Positions 1 through 10,192 of a stretch of 64,000 nt of DNA are shown one piece after another. The notes below the pieces were generated by a model. It saw nothing but the letters and a program-made list of their open reading frames with translations. It was not told where the DNA came from and searched no databases. The stretch's first letter is position 1. Each line of letters opens with the position of its first letter. The translations under genes and the position numbers were made by a program. Origin of the DNA: an uncultured Candidatus Binatia bacterium (GTDB lineage: Bacteria > Desulfobacterota > Binatia > Bin18); contig OZ243961.1 of NCBI GenBank assembly GCA_965214605.1, forward strand, positions 1,888,001 through 1,952,000. Direction: 5' to 3'.

Positions 1-145
1 CTTGCGGCTTGGCCCCCTAAGCCTTAGCTCAACACACACGGGACGTAAAGAAAACACCGCTGCGGCGGACATGGGCCAGACAGTTGAGGAGAGCGGGCAA
101 ACCCGCTATGGTGAAAGATCAGGTTCAATTTTTTGTGGGTAGGCG

Positions 146-880
146 ATGCGGATTACTGTACTCGGGTCGGGTGATGCCTTTAATAGCGGCGGCCGGCGTC
201 ACAGTAGCTACTTTATTGAAGCTGAGCAGACAGGTTTCCTGCTCGACTGTGGGACAACAACCTTACTGGCACTAAAAGGACTGAAGATCCCGACTGAGCG
301 CGTAGACTTTATTGCCATCAGCCATATGCACGGTGATCATTTTGGCGGCCTCCCTTTTTTTTTCCTGGAGAGTTTGTACCAAGAGCCCCGCTCCCGCCCG
401 CTCGTCATTACCGGTCCCCCAAATCTCCAAACGCGCGTCGAATCACTCTATGCGGCGATGTTTGGAGAGCTAGCGGAGCGCCCACTCACCTTCCCTCTTG
501 TGTACAAGGAACTCAGGGCCGATCGCACCGTCAGCGTGGGGGAAGTCGAGCTCACCCCCTTTGCCGTTCCTCATCTGGAAAAAGAGATGTGTTTCGGCTA
601 TCGGACACGCTTGGACGGAAAGACCCTCCTGTACTCGGGAGACTGTGGTTGGAACGAAAACTTGGTCCAGTATTCACAAGGCGCCGACGTCTTTATCTGT
701 GAGTGTTGCTATTTTGGCTCACAAACGCCTTTTCACCTGAGTTATCCCGAACTTGTTCGAGAACGTGATCGCTTGGGTTGTAAACGCCTTGTCCTCAGCC
801 ATCTCGGGCGCGAAGTCCTCGCCCACCAGGGAGAGGTTCGCTTTGAATGTGCTCACGACGGCTTTGTGTTTGAGGTATAG
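146..880 (+). CDS. MBL-fold metallo-hydrolase (RNase Z/BN-like)
   Basis: LGSGDAF start, LLDCG, SHMHGDH (HxHxDH), YSGD, LSHL motifs. Confidence 0.85.
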   Translation: MRITVLGSGDAFNSGGRRHSSYFIEAEQTGFLLDCGTTTLLALKGLKIPTERVDFIAISHMHGDHFGGLPFFFLESLYQEPRSRPLVITGPPNLQTRVESLYAAMFGELAERPLTFPLVYKELRADRTVSVGEVELTPFAVPHLEKEMCFGYRTRLDGKTLLYSGDCGWNENLVQYSQGADVFICECCYFGSQTPFHLSYPELVRERDRLGCKRLVLSHLGREVLAHQGEVRFECAHDGFVFEV

Positions 881-915
881 ACCACACGCAAGAGAAGAAG
901 AGAGGATTGGACGAG

Positions 916-988
916 TGGAGCCGAGCAGGATCGAACTGCCGACCTCTTGACTGCCAGTCAAGCGCTCTCCCAGCTGAGCTACGGCCCC
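916..988 (-). tRNA. tRNA-Ala(GGC)
   Basis: Minus strand reads GGGGCCGTAGCTCAGCTGGGAGAGCG-CTTGA-CTGGCAG-TCAAG-AGGTCGGCAGTTCGATCCTGCTCGGCTCCA; cloverleaf, G3:U70 pair, CCA not encoded. Confidence 0.97.
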
Positions 989-1037
989 ACAAAGGCCAGG
1001 CGATGGTGCCACTTTCTGTCTCAGGAGTCAACCGTGT

Positions 1038-4000
1038 CTAGCCTGGGCCACCCGCCATAGCAATGGGCCCATCCCCAACCTCAACGGAGGCCTCAAACCG
1101 GTGGTTCAGCACGCTATAAACGCCCAGATATCCGCCCTGTCCACTCCGACCAAACAGCGAGACGTAGAAGCGCAGTCCATTTGGAGGAATAAAGATTCCG
1201 TTTGGTTCGTCATAAATCGTGCTGTAGCTCCGTCTCCTGACAGAAAGTTTATCCAGATTGGTCCGTGTTGCCGTATCAATAATTGACACCGAGTAATCGA
1301 GCGAGTTCGTAATAAAAGCCTTTCGTCCATCCGGAGAAAACGCGACCTTCTGCGGCAGGAGTCCAATACGGCCCTCATCCTCTTCCCTGGTGAGAGTCTG
1401 TACGCTGTTCGTGTTCGTGTCGATAATCGACACGCTGTTATCATCCAGATTCACGACGTACACTTCCGCAGCATGCGGGCGGACCGCGATACCGTTGGGT
1501 CCGTTGCCAACGTCGATCGTGGTCAGCAGTGTATTTGCCGCCAGATCAATAACCGAGACCGTTCCGTCCCCATAGTTCGTGACATACGCCCGTGTGCCGG
1601 CAGTATTAATTGCGATCTCTTGAGGTTCACGACCGACTCCTATGTCTGTCTCAACGGCCCGTGACGCCGTATTGATCACGCTGACCCGGCTCTGGGCTGC
1701 GTTGACTACATAGGCGTACCTTCCATCTGGTGTAAATGCCACACCAACAGGAGTGTCGCCAGCTTCAATTGTATCGATAACGGTCTTCGTGTGAAGATCA
1801 ATGACTGAAACGGACCCACTTTCTGCGTTGGTAACATACGCGACCGCTTGGGTCGGGCTGATAGCTATCCCCCGAGGATTTTTGCCAACAGGTATGGTGA
1901 GGACCTCCTCATAGTTCGTGGTGCTCACCACGGACACCGTATCATCTCCGCTATTGGCGACCAAAACCGGCGGGGCCCCCGTACAGTTGGTAAAATTTAG
2001 AGTACATCTGTCTGTACAGCTCAAACTGCCGTCAGCAAACCCTGAGCTTTGGCACGTTTGTCCACTGAGAGCCCCGCCGTCGCACTCTTCGTTGGATTCG
2101 CTACTCCCATTGCCGCATTGGCCTTGAACAACAAAACACTGGCAGCTCTCCTGCCAGATAAAACTAGCGCTGATCTCGCGCTCGTCTTGGCTCGCTTTAT
2201 CCCGAACCGTAACCTTATCAATGAATAAAGTTTCGGAAGATAATTCAACTTCTGCATCCGACATATCAAAGCTGTCAAGAAACTCCGCATCCCCCAGCCG
2301 CACGGTCTCTACGCTGCGGCTCTGGGTGTATGAAGCGCCGTTAGTGTCCTCCACGGTCAGCTCAAAGGTGTGGAGTCCAGTAGGTAAGAGATTAAAGTTG
2401 GTGACAAATCCAAAACCACTCTCCGCTGCCCACGGACGCTCAGGAAAAAATAGTTGGACGTCCTCGCGAGGAGAACAACACGGCACATCTATGGGTTCGT
2501 TGTCGTCAATTCTGATTTCAACATTGTTCAGAGCGACAGCGGGGGTATTGGCGAATGCCCAGCCCGACACCAATCCGATACCGCCGGCAAAATCTCCAGA
2601 GGGATTTTCAAAGACGGACGATAGAGGCGCACTATCGACGACGATCAAACGACCGTCGGACGCGGTGGCGATGTCAACCGGCACGCGCAGTTCAGGCCCA
2701 CTGCCGGTGTCCGGCCCAGAGATGATGGTCCGCCCGCCGTTGCTCGGATCGACACGGAACACCGCCCGGGCGCCTTCATCGAGGACGGCCAGCTGACCAT
2801 CGGCCTCAATGGCCAAGGCTCGGACTCGGTTGAAAGGGGGACCACCACCAGCCCCTGCACCCGACACAAACCTCCGAGTTCCGTTTGTTGGATCGACCCG
2901 GACAATAGCGTTCCGGCCGACATCAACAACAAACAGCTGGCCGTTGGACGCAACGTCAATGTCAACCGGGGTTATCCATCCCTCACCTGAAACAATGGTC
3001 CGCTCTCCAGTGTCCCGATCAAGACGAACAATCGCCCTGAGGCCGGCATCGGCCACCACGATCCGACAGTCACCTTCTGTGCAGTTGTTTTCGATCGCGA
3101 TACCAAACGGAGCACGCAGGTTTACCGGTTCGGCCTCATCCTCAAACTCTTCATCCGAGATGATTGTCTGGCGGCTACTAATCTCAATCACACCTGATTG
3201 GCCGGAATCCGCGATCACGAGCGTGCTCCCCAACTCCGATGGTTCAGAATAGGCCGCGAGCCCATTTGGCCGCACAAAAACCGCTCCAGCTCGAGACAAG
3301 GCTTGCCGGCGGCCTGTCACAGGATCAACCCGGATCAGAGCCTTCCGGCCAAAATCGGTCACCGCGATCTGGCCGTCGGGCTCAACCGCGACTCCTTGGG
3401 GTATCAGCCAAGTCGGTCCAGGATTGGTCTGTGTCTCGTCGCCTTCGGTCTCTTCATTGATCAGGTCTTCTTCAGTCGGAACATCCATATCAGACAGAAT
3501 CGTTCGACGGCCACTGACCGGGTCAATCCAAATGAGAGCCGGATTTTGCACCCAATCAGGTTCAGCTGCTTGGTCCTCAACGCCCATCTGAATGAGTTCG
3601 GCCGCTCGGTCTGTAGGACCCTTCTGAACAGTCTGGAGACTCTGGCTCTGTGCAGCAGTCGCAGAGGCGCTTGGCTCATCTTCGTCTTCGTTGCGCGCTG
3701 CAACAATGCCCATCGACTGCAGGTTCTCCTGCCAAGCTAGGGTGAGATCAATCTCCGCGGACTCGCCGCCGGCTCTGTCCCAGGCGACCGCTCTTTCGAT
3801 CAGAATCTTTTGTTTATCTTCGCTCAGTTCTGCCCTAGCCAGCTTGAGATCAAGCGGACGGAGAAAGTCAAATCCCCCAGGTCTGACGGTTTCAATTCTA
3901 TGTTCCCGTGTCTCTCGGGCGCCGGTCGTATCCTCAATCTCAATTGTTAGAGTATAAGCACCCTCTTCGAGCGCACTAAAATTAAAGACCCGCCCAAATC

Positions 4001-4292
4001 CACTCCGCAGAGCTTGAGGATAATCGGGATATGCAGCCGCAACATCTGCGCGTTTGGAACAGCACGGTACCCCACTGGCTTCCCCATCATCAATCCATAA
4101 ACGGACAGTGACCAACGCGCCCGGCTCAGTCGAAAAGGCCCAGCCCGATATAACGCTCACTCCGCTGATGAGCTGACCCTGAGTCGGATTTTCAAAGGAG
4201 AACTCAATAGCGGTCAGTCCGGTACGGGGGAAAACGAACACCAGACCACTCCACAAAAGCACGGCGCCGAATCGGCGCAGTAGGGACATCAT
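1038..4292 (-). CDS. Large exported modular protein: two copies of an Ig-like module, NHL-like propeller, Cys-rich repeat, YVTN beta-propeller
   Basis: Signal peptide; duplicated FENP..SGWAF..VPCCS..SGFG..NF module; CGNG..EECDG repeat; AYVTN/VSVID repeats. Confidence 0.8.
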   Translation of the reverse strand: MMSLLRRFGAVLLWSGLVFVFPRTGLTAIEFSFENPTQGQLISGVSVISGWAFSTEPGALVTVRLWIDDGEASGVPCCSKRADVAAAYPDYPQALRSGFGRVFNFSALEEGAYTLTIEIEDTTGARETREHRIETVRPGGFDFLRPLDLKLARAELSEDKQKILIERAVAWDRAGGESAEIDLTLAWQENLQSMGIVAARNEDEDEPSASATAAQSQSLQTVQKGPTDRAAELIQMGVEDQAAEPDWVQNPALIWIDPVSGRRTILSDMDVPTEEDLINEETEGDETQTNPGPTWLIPQGVAVEPDGQIAVTDFGRKALIRVDPVTGRRQALSRAGAVFVRPNGLAAYSEPSELGSTLVIADSGQSGVIEISSRQTIISDEEFEDEAEPVNLRAPFGIAIENNCTEGDCRIVVADAGLRAIVRLDRDTGERTIVSGEGWITPVDIDVASNGQLFVVDVGRNAIVRVDPTNGTRRFVSGAGAGGGPPFNRVRALAIEADGQLAVLDEGARAVFRVDPSNGGRTIISGPDTGSGPELRVPVDIATASDGRLIVVDSAPLSSVFENPSGDFAGGIGLVSGWAFANTPAVALNNVEIRIDDNEPIDVPCCSPREDVQLFFPERPWAAESGFGFVTNFNLLPTGLHTFELTVEDTNGASYTQSRSVETVRLGDAEFLDSFDMSDAEVELSSETLFIDKVTVRDKASQDEREISASFIWQESCQCFVVQGQCGNGSSESNEECDGGALSGQTCQSSGFADGSLSCTDRCTLNFTNCTGAPPVLVANSGDDTVSVVSTTNYEEVLTIPVGKNPRGIAISPTQAVAYVTNAESGSVSVIDLHTKTVIDTIEAGDTPVGVAFTPDGRYAYVVNAAQSRVSVINTASRAVETDIGVGREPQEIAINTAGTRAYVTNYGDGTVSVIDLAANTLLTTIDVGNGPNGIAVRPHAAEVYVVNLDDNSVSIIDTNTNSVQTLTREEDEGRIGLLPQKVAFSPDGRKAFITNSLDYSVSIIDTATRTNLDKLSVRRRSYSTIYDEPNGIFIPPNGLRFYVSLFGRSGQGGYLGVYSVLNHRFEASVEVGDGPIAMAGGPG

Positions 4293-4323
4293 CTCTAGTC
4301 CACCTCTCCTTGAAGCCGGTCTC

Positions 4324-5154
4324 TTATTCGGAATCCCTGTCTGTTTTGGTCGTTGCGACGGCCACTACACACAGCCCGGTGGCATCAGCTTGGCGGATAA
4401 CGGAGGGTTTATCCACAATCAAAGTTGTCTCAGCCTCGACGGCAAGCACACGGGCCTCAACGGCCCGCATCTCTTGAATCGTCTCCGGTCCAACCGTCGG
4501 CACATCAAAGCGCAAATCTTGGTGTGGTTTACTAACTTTGACAATGACCAGCCCGGGACCACCCAGCTCTCCACCGCGTCGAATCGTGGCATTTGTGCCC
4601 TCCAGCCCCTCGACGGCAAACACCGTGCCGCGCTTGACCACCACGCTCTGACCAATGTCCCAGCGCCCAATTTCCTTGGCCACCTCGACCCCCAGTTGGA
4701 TGTCCTGCCACTGCTTGGCATCGGGAGCGATTTCGGTAAGCACTCCCGGCTGGGGAACCAAGTCGGACAGCAAACGGGTGGATTCCACGACCCTGATGCC
4801 TTCGCTTTCCAGCTCTTGGGCAATGCTCCGTAAGATCACGTCGTCCTTCAGACTCGGCAGCCGGCTGAGAAACGCCAGGCCGCGCGCGTCGGGTTTGATA
4901 TTGGCCAGCGCTCCGGCTTTGTGGATCCCGCCAGCCATAACAGCTTGAGTCACGCCGGCGGCTTTGAAGATATCAATAATCCTACCCAGCTCTCCCACCC
5001 GAATCCAGCTCAGATCGGATACCAGGTCATTCAGCGTTTCCAGCGTTTCGCCCTGATGGGCAACCGCCACAATGTCTATCCCTTGGGTACGGGCCGCCTC
5101 AACAAAGAGGATGGGAAAGCGGCCGTTACCGGCAATCAGCCCTAGGCGAGACAT
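4324..5154 (-). CDS. lpxI: UDP-2,3-diacylglucosamine diphosphatase LpxI
   Basis: GLIAGNGRFP, DIGQSVVV, AVEGLEGT, QDLRFDVP; follows lpxA. Confidence 0.92.
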   Translation of the reverse strand: MSRLGLIAGNGRFPILFVEAARTQGIDIVAVAHQGETLETLNDLVSDLSWIRVGELGRIIDIFKAAGVTQAVMAGGIHKAGALANIKPDARGLAFLSRLPSLKDDVILRSIAQELESEGIRVVESTRLLSDLVPQPGVLTEIAPDAKQWQDIQLGVEVAKEIGRWDIGQSVVVKRGTVFAVEGLEGTNATIRRGGELGGPGLVIVKVSKPHQDLRFDVPTVGPETIQEMRAVEARVLAVEAETTLIVDKPSVIRQADATGLCVVAVATTKTDRDSE

Positions 5155-5190
5155 TCTGTCTGCAATCTGTTGGCGAGAGTCCGCCCGACC

Positions 5191-6018
5191 CTAGCGAGAA
5201 GCCTCATCGGTGTCAGCAGACACCCCGCTCCGCGGTCGACACACTCCGCGCTCGGAATGCGCAATGAACTTCACGAGGTGAGCGATCTCGGGACAGGTGC
5301 TATACTCCTGACCGACACGGGCAAGAGCCTGTTTGAACGGTTTGTCCTCGACAAACAAGGTTCGATAGACCTTTTTCAGTATCTCCAGCTGGTCGGTCGT
5401 AAACCCGCGCCGTTTGAGCCCGATCAGATTTAAGCCAAACAGATAGGCCCGATCTCCTTGCGCCATGCAGTACGGGGGAACATCAAGAGAGACCATGGCT
5501 CCGGCGCCTAAAATCGCGGATTCGCCAATCCGAGCGAATTGATGGATGCCGGCCAGGGCACCAACTACCACAAAGTCTTCAAGCGTGACATGGCCGCCCA
5601 AATTGGCGCTGTTTGCCATCACAATATGATTGCCCAGCGTGCAATCGTGAGCGACGTGCGAATAGACCATAAATAGATTATGGTCACCGACTCGAGTGAC
5701 CAGGCCGCCTGCGGTCGTACCGGGCTGGAGAGTGGCAAACTCCCGAACGGTATTGTGGTCGCCAATAATCAGCCTGCTGTCTTCGCCAGCGTATTTTTTA
5801 TCCTGGGGAATCGCTCCGATACTGGCAAATTGAAAAATGTGGTTCTGCCGCCCAATTGTCGTCCGGCCTTCAATAACGGCATGTGGACCAACCTGGGTCC
5901 CTCGTCCGATCCGGACGTTCGGCCCAATGACCGTATACGGTCCAACCTGGACTCCGCTATCGAGCTCGGCACCCGGCGCAACGACTGCCGAGGGGTGTAT
6001 ATGTGTGGCTGCCGTCAT
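5191..6018 (-). CDS. lpxA: Acyl-ACP--UDP-N-acetylglucosamine O-acyltransferase
   Basis: Hexapeptide repeats, PQDKKY, SHVAHDC, GLNLIGLKRRGF. Confidence 0.96.
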   Translation of the reverse strand: MTAATHIHPSAVVAPGAELDSGVQVGPYTVIGPNVRIGRGTQVGPHAVIEGRTTIGRQNHIFQFASIGAIPQDKKYAGEDSRLIIGDHNTVREFATLQPGTTAGGLVTRVGDHNLFMVYSHVAHDCTLGNHIVMANSANLGGHVTLEDFVVVGALAGIHQFARIGESAILGAGAMVSLDVPPYCMAQGDRAYLFGLNLIGLKRRGFTTDQLEILKKVYRTLFVEDKPFKQALARVGQEYSTCPEIAHLVKFIAHSERGVCRPRSGVSADTDEASR

Positions 6019-6494
6019 GATTGCTTCCCATCTTTTCGCTTGTCAGCTTTACGACTGTCATGAAGGTCCGCTTCCGCAAGCGTAAATTCCAGTTCAGCCG
6101 CCACCGTATTGGCCACCGAGACAGTACCACGCATCTTCCAAAATTTTCCCCGCCGGTGGACGGTTTCGGACTCCAAACGGAGTTGATCTCCCGGAATGAC
6201 TTGGCGCCGAAAGCGCACCCTGTCCAGCGCTGTCAGCAGCGCATATTGGGGCCGGTTGATCCCTTCTGGAACAGACGAACATACTAGGATGCCTCCGGCT
6301 TGAACAACCGCTTCACACAGCAAGACGCCGGGCATGACTGGATAATCGGGAAAATGACCTGGGAAGAAAGGCTCATTGATGGTCACGTTTTTGAGCGCCA
6401 CGATCCGCTCGGCAGCGACGATCTCCACGACCCGGTCGACGAGCAGGAAAGGATAGCGGTGGGGCAGCAGGGCCGCGATAGGCAGGGTATCCAT
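6015..6494 (-). CDS. fabZ: 3-hydroxyacyl-ACP dehydratase
   Basis: LPHRYPFLLVD, NEPFFPGHFP, PVMPGVL. Confidence 0.96.
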   Translation of the reverse strand: MDTLPIAALLPHRYPFLLVDRVVEIVAAERIVALKNVTINEPFFPGHFPDYPVMPGVLLCEAVVQAGGILVCSSVPEGINRPQYALLTALDRVRFRRQVIPGDQLRLESETVHRRGKFWKMRGTVSVANTVAAELEFTLAEADLHDSRKADKRKDGKQS

Positions 6495-6524
6495 ACAGGC
6501 AGAGAGTGGAGCACGAGCCGTGGA

Positions 6525-6794
6525 CTAGCGTCTCAGCTGCGTAATCTTCCTCCCTCTTTTATTGTAGGCAGAAATCACGGGTACGGATGCGGTGAGCCCA
6601 ATGATTGCTGCATCGAAGAAGCGGTTCACTGCGGCACTACACACCTCTGTGGCTGTTCTACCAGCGTTCGAACCGGTCAGCTCCAGCAGGAGGCCAACAT
6701 TGCCAATCTTCATCTTCCGGTCAGCAACGGCCCGGCCGGGCAGAGATACCAGGTTCAGCGCGCGGAGAAAAACTCCGAGACCAGTACACCGCAC
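6525..6794 (-). pseudogene. Internally deleted or degenerate OmpH/Skp remnant
   Basis: Lies between bamA and fabZ; MKIGNVG..GSNAGRTA resembles the Skp N-terminal strand and helix; DAAIIGLT..VISAYNK resembles the Skp C-terminus; central coiled coil absent. Confidence 0.6.
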
Positions 6795-6820
6795 AGAGGT
6801 TCTCCACTATTCGGCTGGGA

Positions 6821-9340
6821 CTAAAACAGCGAACTAAAACGGTTGCCACCACCACTCTGGCCGATACCGCCAAAACCACCGAACGAAAAGTGAACGCTAC
6901 TGGTGCGCTCATCCTTCTTGGCGTTCAGCGGTCTTCCCAACTCGATTCGAATCGGACCAAACGGTGATTTCCATCGCACTCCCGCTCCAACAGAATAGCG
7001 TAAATCGCCAAGGTCGATACCTTGGACGTTGGTAAAAGCGTTTCCAATGTCGTTAAACAGCACCCCTTTAAGGTTGAGGGCCGGGACAAGCGGGACAAGG
7101 ATTTCATTGTTAATAATCAGCTGGTGGCTCCCACCGATAGGACGACGATAGGTGCGTTCTTTTCGCCCATCAGGCGAGCCACCGTCACTGACCACGACCA
7201 CCACTTCCTCACGAGGACCAAGGCTCCGCTCACCAAAGCCCCGAATCGAGTTGATTCCGCCGGGGAAGTAACGATCAAACAAGGGCACATCATCCTTTAA
7301 GATGCGCGTACGTTGACTCGCAATGTGACGATTTTCAGTAAAGTCGATATCGCCCATGCCATAGCCGAAGACGCCGCCAGTCATCAGAGTGAACTGGCCA
7401 AAGCTGCGGCTACGCCAAATGGGCAAAAAGTAACGTCCCTCAAGCTCAATCTTGGTGTAATCGGCACTTCCGCCGGGGCCGGCATAGGAGAAGGAGATTT
7501 GTTGTAGCGATCCGGCTGTCGGCTCAAAGGGGTGGTTCAGCGTATCCCGCATGAGCACCGGCGAAATCAAGGAGGCGATTTGCGACCCCCGCTCGGCGCG
7601 GACGGCGTCCGGCGTAATCGGATCAAAGTTACTAATCCGCGACCGTTCCCATTGATACTGGAAACCAACCTCCACATCTCTCAACGAATAGCCCCAGAGC
7701 GAACTATAGCCCAGAGCGGTTAGGGGATAGAAAAGTCGGAAGCCGCCGCCAGTTCCTGAGCGGTCAAAGTCTTCAAAGACGAACCGCCAGTCAAACATCT
7801 CCAGCCCAAGGCGCAGGTGGGTATCCATGAGATATGGATCCATGAAATTGATCTGCGTATTCCGATACCGGGTTCCTATGCTGCCCCCGACAATGAGCCG
7901 CTGACCACGCCCCATGAAGTTATTTTCCTGAATCCGGGCATTGCCGACCACACTGGTTGCCGAGTTAAACCCGGCCCCTATGCTAAACGAGCCGGTCTGG
8001 GCTTCTTTGACATCGACCAACACGTTCAGCAGATCTTTTCGTTTGCCCCGCTGGGTGGTCAGATTGACATCGTCGAACAGCCCCAGCCGCCTCACCTGGT
8101 CACGGCTGAACTGGAGTGCCGAGGCGGCAAACAGACTTTGCTCAACAATCGACAGTTCGCGCCGAATGACTTTGTCTCGAGTTTTGCGATTGCCGGCAAT
8201 AGCGATCTGGTCGATGTAGACCTCAGGCCCCTTATTCACTCGGTATGAGACATGCACGAGCTTCTCGTCAGGCTGGACATCGGTTTCCGGCTCAACGTTG
8301 ACAAAGGCGTAGCCCTGGTCACTAAAATACCCGGTCAGGTTGAACACATCGTCGCGCAGTACACTGGCCTTAAACGTTCGCTTTGAGCGCAAGGTCAAGA
8401 CCTGCTTTGCCGCGACTTCGCCTCCCACAACATCGCCCACGACCCGAACCTCACCGACTTTATACTTCGGCCCCTCCTCAAGGCGGATGGTAACGACCAA
8501 GCCCTCTCCACGGTGTGTCACCTCCGGCTCATCAATACGGACATTGATATACCCATTATCATAATACCATGCCGTCAAGCGTTCGACATCAGTCTTAAGC
8601 GCTTCGTTACTCAGCACGCCAAACGGGAGAAAACGAGACAACCAGTTCTTCTTCTTGGTCTGCATAAAGCCAGCGAGAATCTTATCAGAGAAAGCCTGGT
8701 TGCCCTCAAAAACAATATCAATCACGCTCGTTTTTGTGTTCTCAGAAATCGTAAAAGAGACGACTGTTTCACGGTTGACCGTCGATTCGGTCCGGTACGA
8801 GACGTCTGTATCTAGATAACCTTTTTTCTCGTACAAGGCTTTGACATCGAGAATTCCACGGCGGATTCTGATTGGATTTAGAATGGTCCGTGGATGGATT
8901 TTTAGCTCTGTCAGGATCTCTTCTTGGCTGACCCTCTTATACCCTTCCACCCGAACCTGACGAATAAGCGGGCGTTCCCACACCCAGTACGTCAACACAT
9001 TTTGGCCGTCGTGCTTGTCCAGACGAGCCTCGATATTCTTGAAGAAGCCCATCTCGTAGATCGATCGGATATCCTCATCGACCGTCTCAAGGTTGAGCGG
9101 ATGGCCGGGCCGGGATGATACACGAATGCGAATCGCCTCAGTATCGACCTGCTCATTGCCGCCGATCGCAATTGCGCTCAGAATCGTCTGCTGAGTCGGT
9201 GCTTCGGCTGGTGCTGAATCCGCAGGAGGGCGAGGCGGTTGACCCGTCGCTGATGTTTCTCCCTGCCCTTGACCGGGAAGACCGAGCAGGGCGAGGCTCA
9301 GGGTCGGGACCAGCCACCATACTCTCAATATTCCCCCCAT
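6821..9340 (-). CDS. bamA: Outer membrane protein assembly factor BamA
   Basis: POTRA repeats, GNRKTRDKVIRRE, SIRGF, WKSPFGPIR. Confidence 0.96.
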   Translation of the reverse strand: MGGILRVWWLVPTLSLALLGLPGQGQGETSATGQPPRPPADSAPAEAPTQQTILSAIAIGGNEQVDTEAIRIRVSSRPGHPLNLETVDEDIRSIYEMGFFKNIEARLDKHDGQNVLTYWVWERPLIRQVRVEGYKRVSQEEILTELKIHPRTILNPIRIRRGILDVKALYEKKGYLDTDVSYRTESTVNRETVVSFTISENTKTSVIDIVFEGNQAFSDKILAGFMQTKKKNWLSRFLPFGVLSNEALKTDVERLTAWYYDNGYINVRIDEPEVTHRGEGLVVTIRLEEGPKYKVGEVRVVGDVVGGEVAAKQVLTLRSKRTFKASVLRDDVFNLTGYFSDQGYAFVNVEPETDVQPDEKLVHVSYRVNKGPEVYIDQIAIAGNRKTRDKVIRRELSIVEQSLFAASALQFSRDQVRRLGLFDDVNLTTQRGKRKDLLNVLVDVKEAQTGSFSIGAGFNSATSVVGNARIQENNFMGRGQRLIVGGSIGTRYRNTQINFMDPYLMDTHLRLGLEMFDWRFVFEDFDRSGTGGGFRLFYPLTALGYSSLWGYSLRDVEVGFQYQWERSRISNFDPITPDAVRAERGSQIASLISPVLMRDTLNHPFEPTAGSLQQISFSYAGPGGSADYTKIELEGRYFLPIWRSRSFGQFTLMTGGVFGYGMGDIDFTENRHIASQRTRILKDDVPLFDRYFPGGINSIRGFGERSLGPREEVVVVVSDGGSPDGRKERTYRRPIGGSHQLIINNEILVPLVPALNLKGVLFNDIGNAFTNVQGIDLGDLRYSVGAGVRWKSPFGPIRIELGRPLNAKKDERTSSVHFSFGGFGGIGQSGGGNRFSSLF

Positions 9341-9415
9341 TTGCGCACCTTTCCCCAGTCGGTCTCCCCTAACAAAATCTCCTCAGATTGTAAAGCCGTT
9401 CAGCCTGACTGAGAG

Positions 9416-10129
9416 CTAGCCGGGGCTGGGGTGAGCCCCGGCTTGGAACGGGAGCTCACGCAGCAGGCCCGCCTCAAGCCGGAGCGTCCGACTCATCAAG
9501 GCCGCCACTTTTTCGTTATGGGTCACAATCACCAGAGTGATGCTCCTAGCCTGATTCAGATTGAGCAACAGCTGCAAGACGCTCTCCCCAGTGTCAAGAT
9601 CAAGATTTCCCGTCGGCTCATCGGCCAACACCAGGTGGGGTTGTAGCACCAGCGCGCGTGCCACGGCAACCCGCTGCTGCTCGCCCCCAGACAGTTCTCC
9701 AGGCCGGTGTGTCAGCCGATCCTTGAGCCCAACTTGCTCGAGAATTTCAATCGCTCGCCGGTTGGCCTCAGAGCGATGTACTCGGGCGATCAATCCGGGC
9801 AACATGACGTTCTCAACAGCGCTAAAATCGGACAACAAATGATGGAACTGAAAAATAAATCCGATTTTCCGGTTGCGCAGTACAGCCAACTCCTCGCTCG
9901 GCAAGGCAAAAACGTCCTGGCCGTCTAGCCATACCTTGCCCGCGCTGGGGCGATCAAGCGTGCCGAGAATGTGGAGCAAGGTACTTTTACCAGCCCCAGA
10001 CTCACCAATAATAGCGATGCGTTCCGCCCGTCGGACGTCGAAGTTCAGCCCGCTCAAGACCTGGATCGCTTGTTCCTGCTCGCCGTAGTGTTTGCTGAGC
10101 TGCTCAGCTCGAATCAGAACCTGCGTCAC
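9416..10129 (-). CDS. lolD: Lipoprotein-releasing ABC transporter ATP-binding protein
   Basis: GESGAGKST, FQFHHLL, LSGGEQQR, ADEPTGNLD; GTG start at 10129 inferred. Confidence 0.9.
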   Translation of the reverse strand: MTQVLIRAEQLSKHYGEQEQAIQVLSGLNFDVRRAERIAIIGESGAGKSTLLHILGTLDRPSAGKVWLDGQDVFALPSEELAVLRNRKIGFIFQFHHLLSDFSAVENVMLPGLIARVHRSEANRRAIEILEQVGLKDRLTHRPGELSGGEQQRVAVARALVLQPHLVLADEPTGNLDLDTGESVLQLLLNLNQARSITLVIVTHNEKVAALMSRTLRLEAGLLRELPFQAGAHPSPG

Positions 10130-10192
10130 ACCGTCTCTTTTGGCATATGGATCGTGCTCTCTTCCCTGTCTAACGGTCAGGATGATCCACAT

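Noticed and set aside
881-1037. tRNA-Ala as an integration site
   Set aside because: No integrase and no duplicated tRNA 3' end seen in the window
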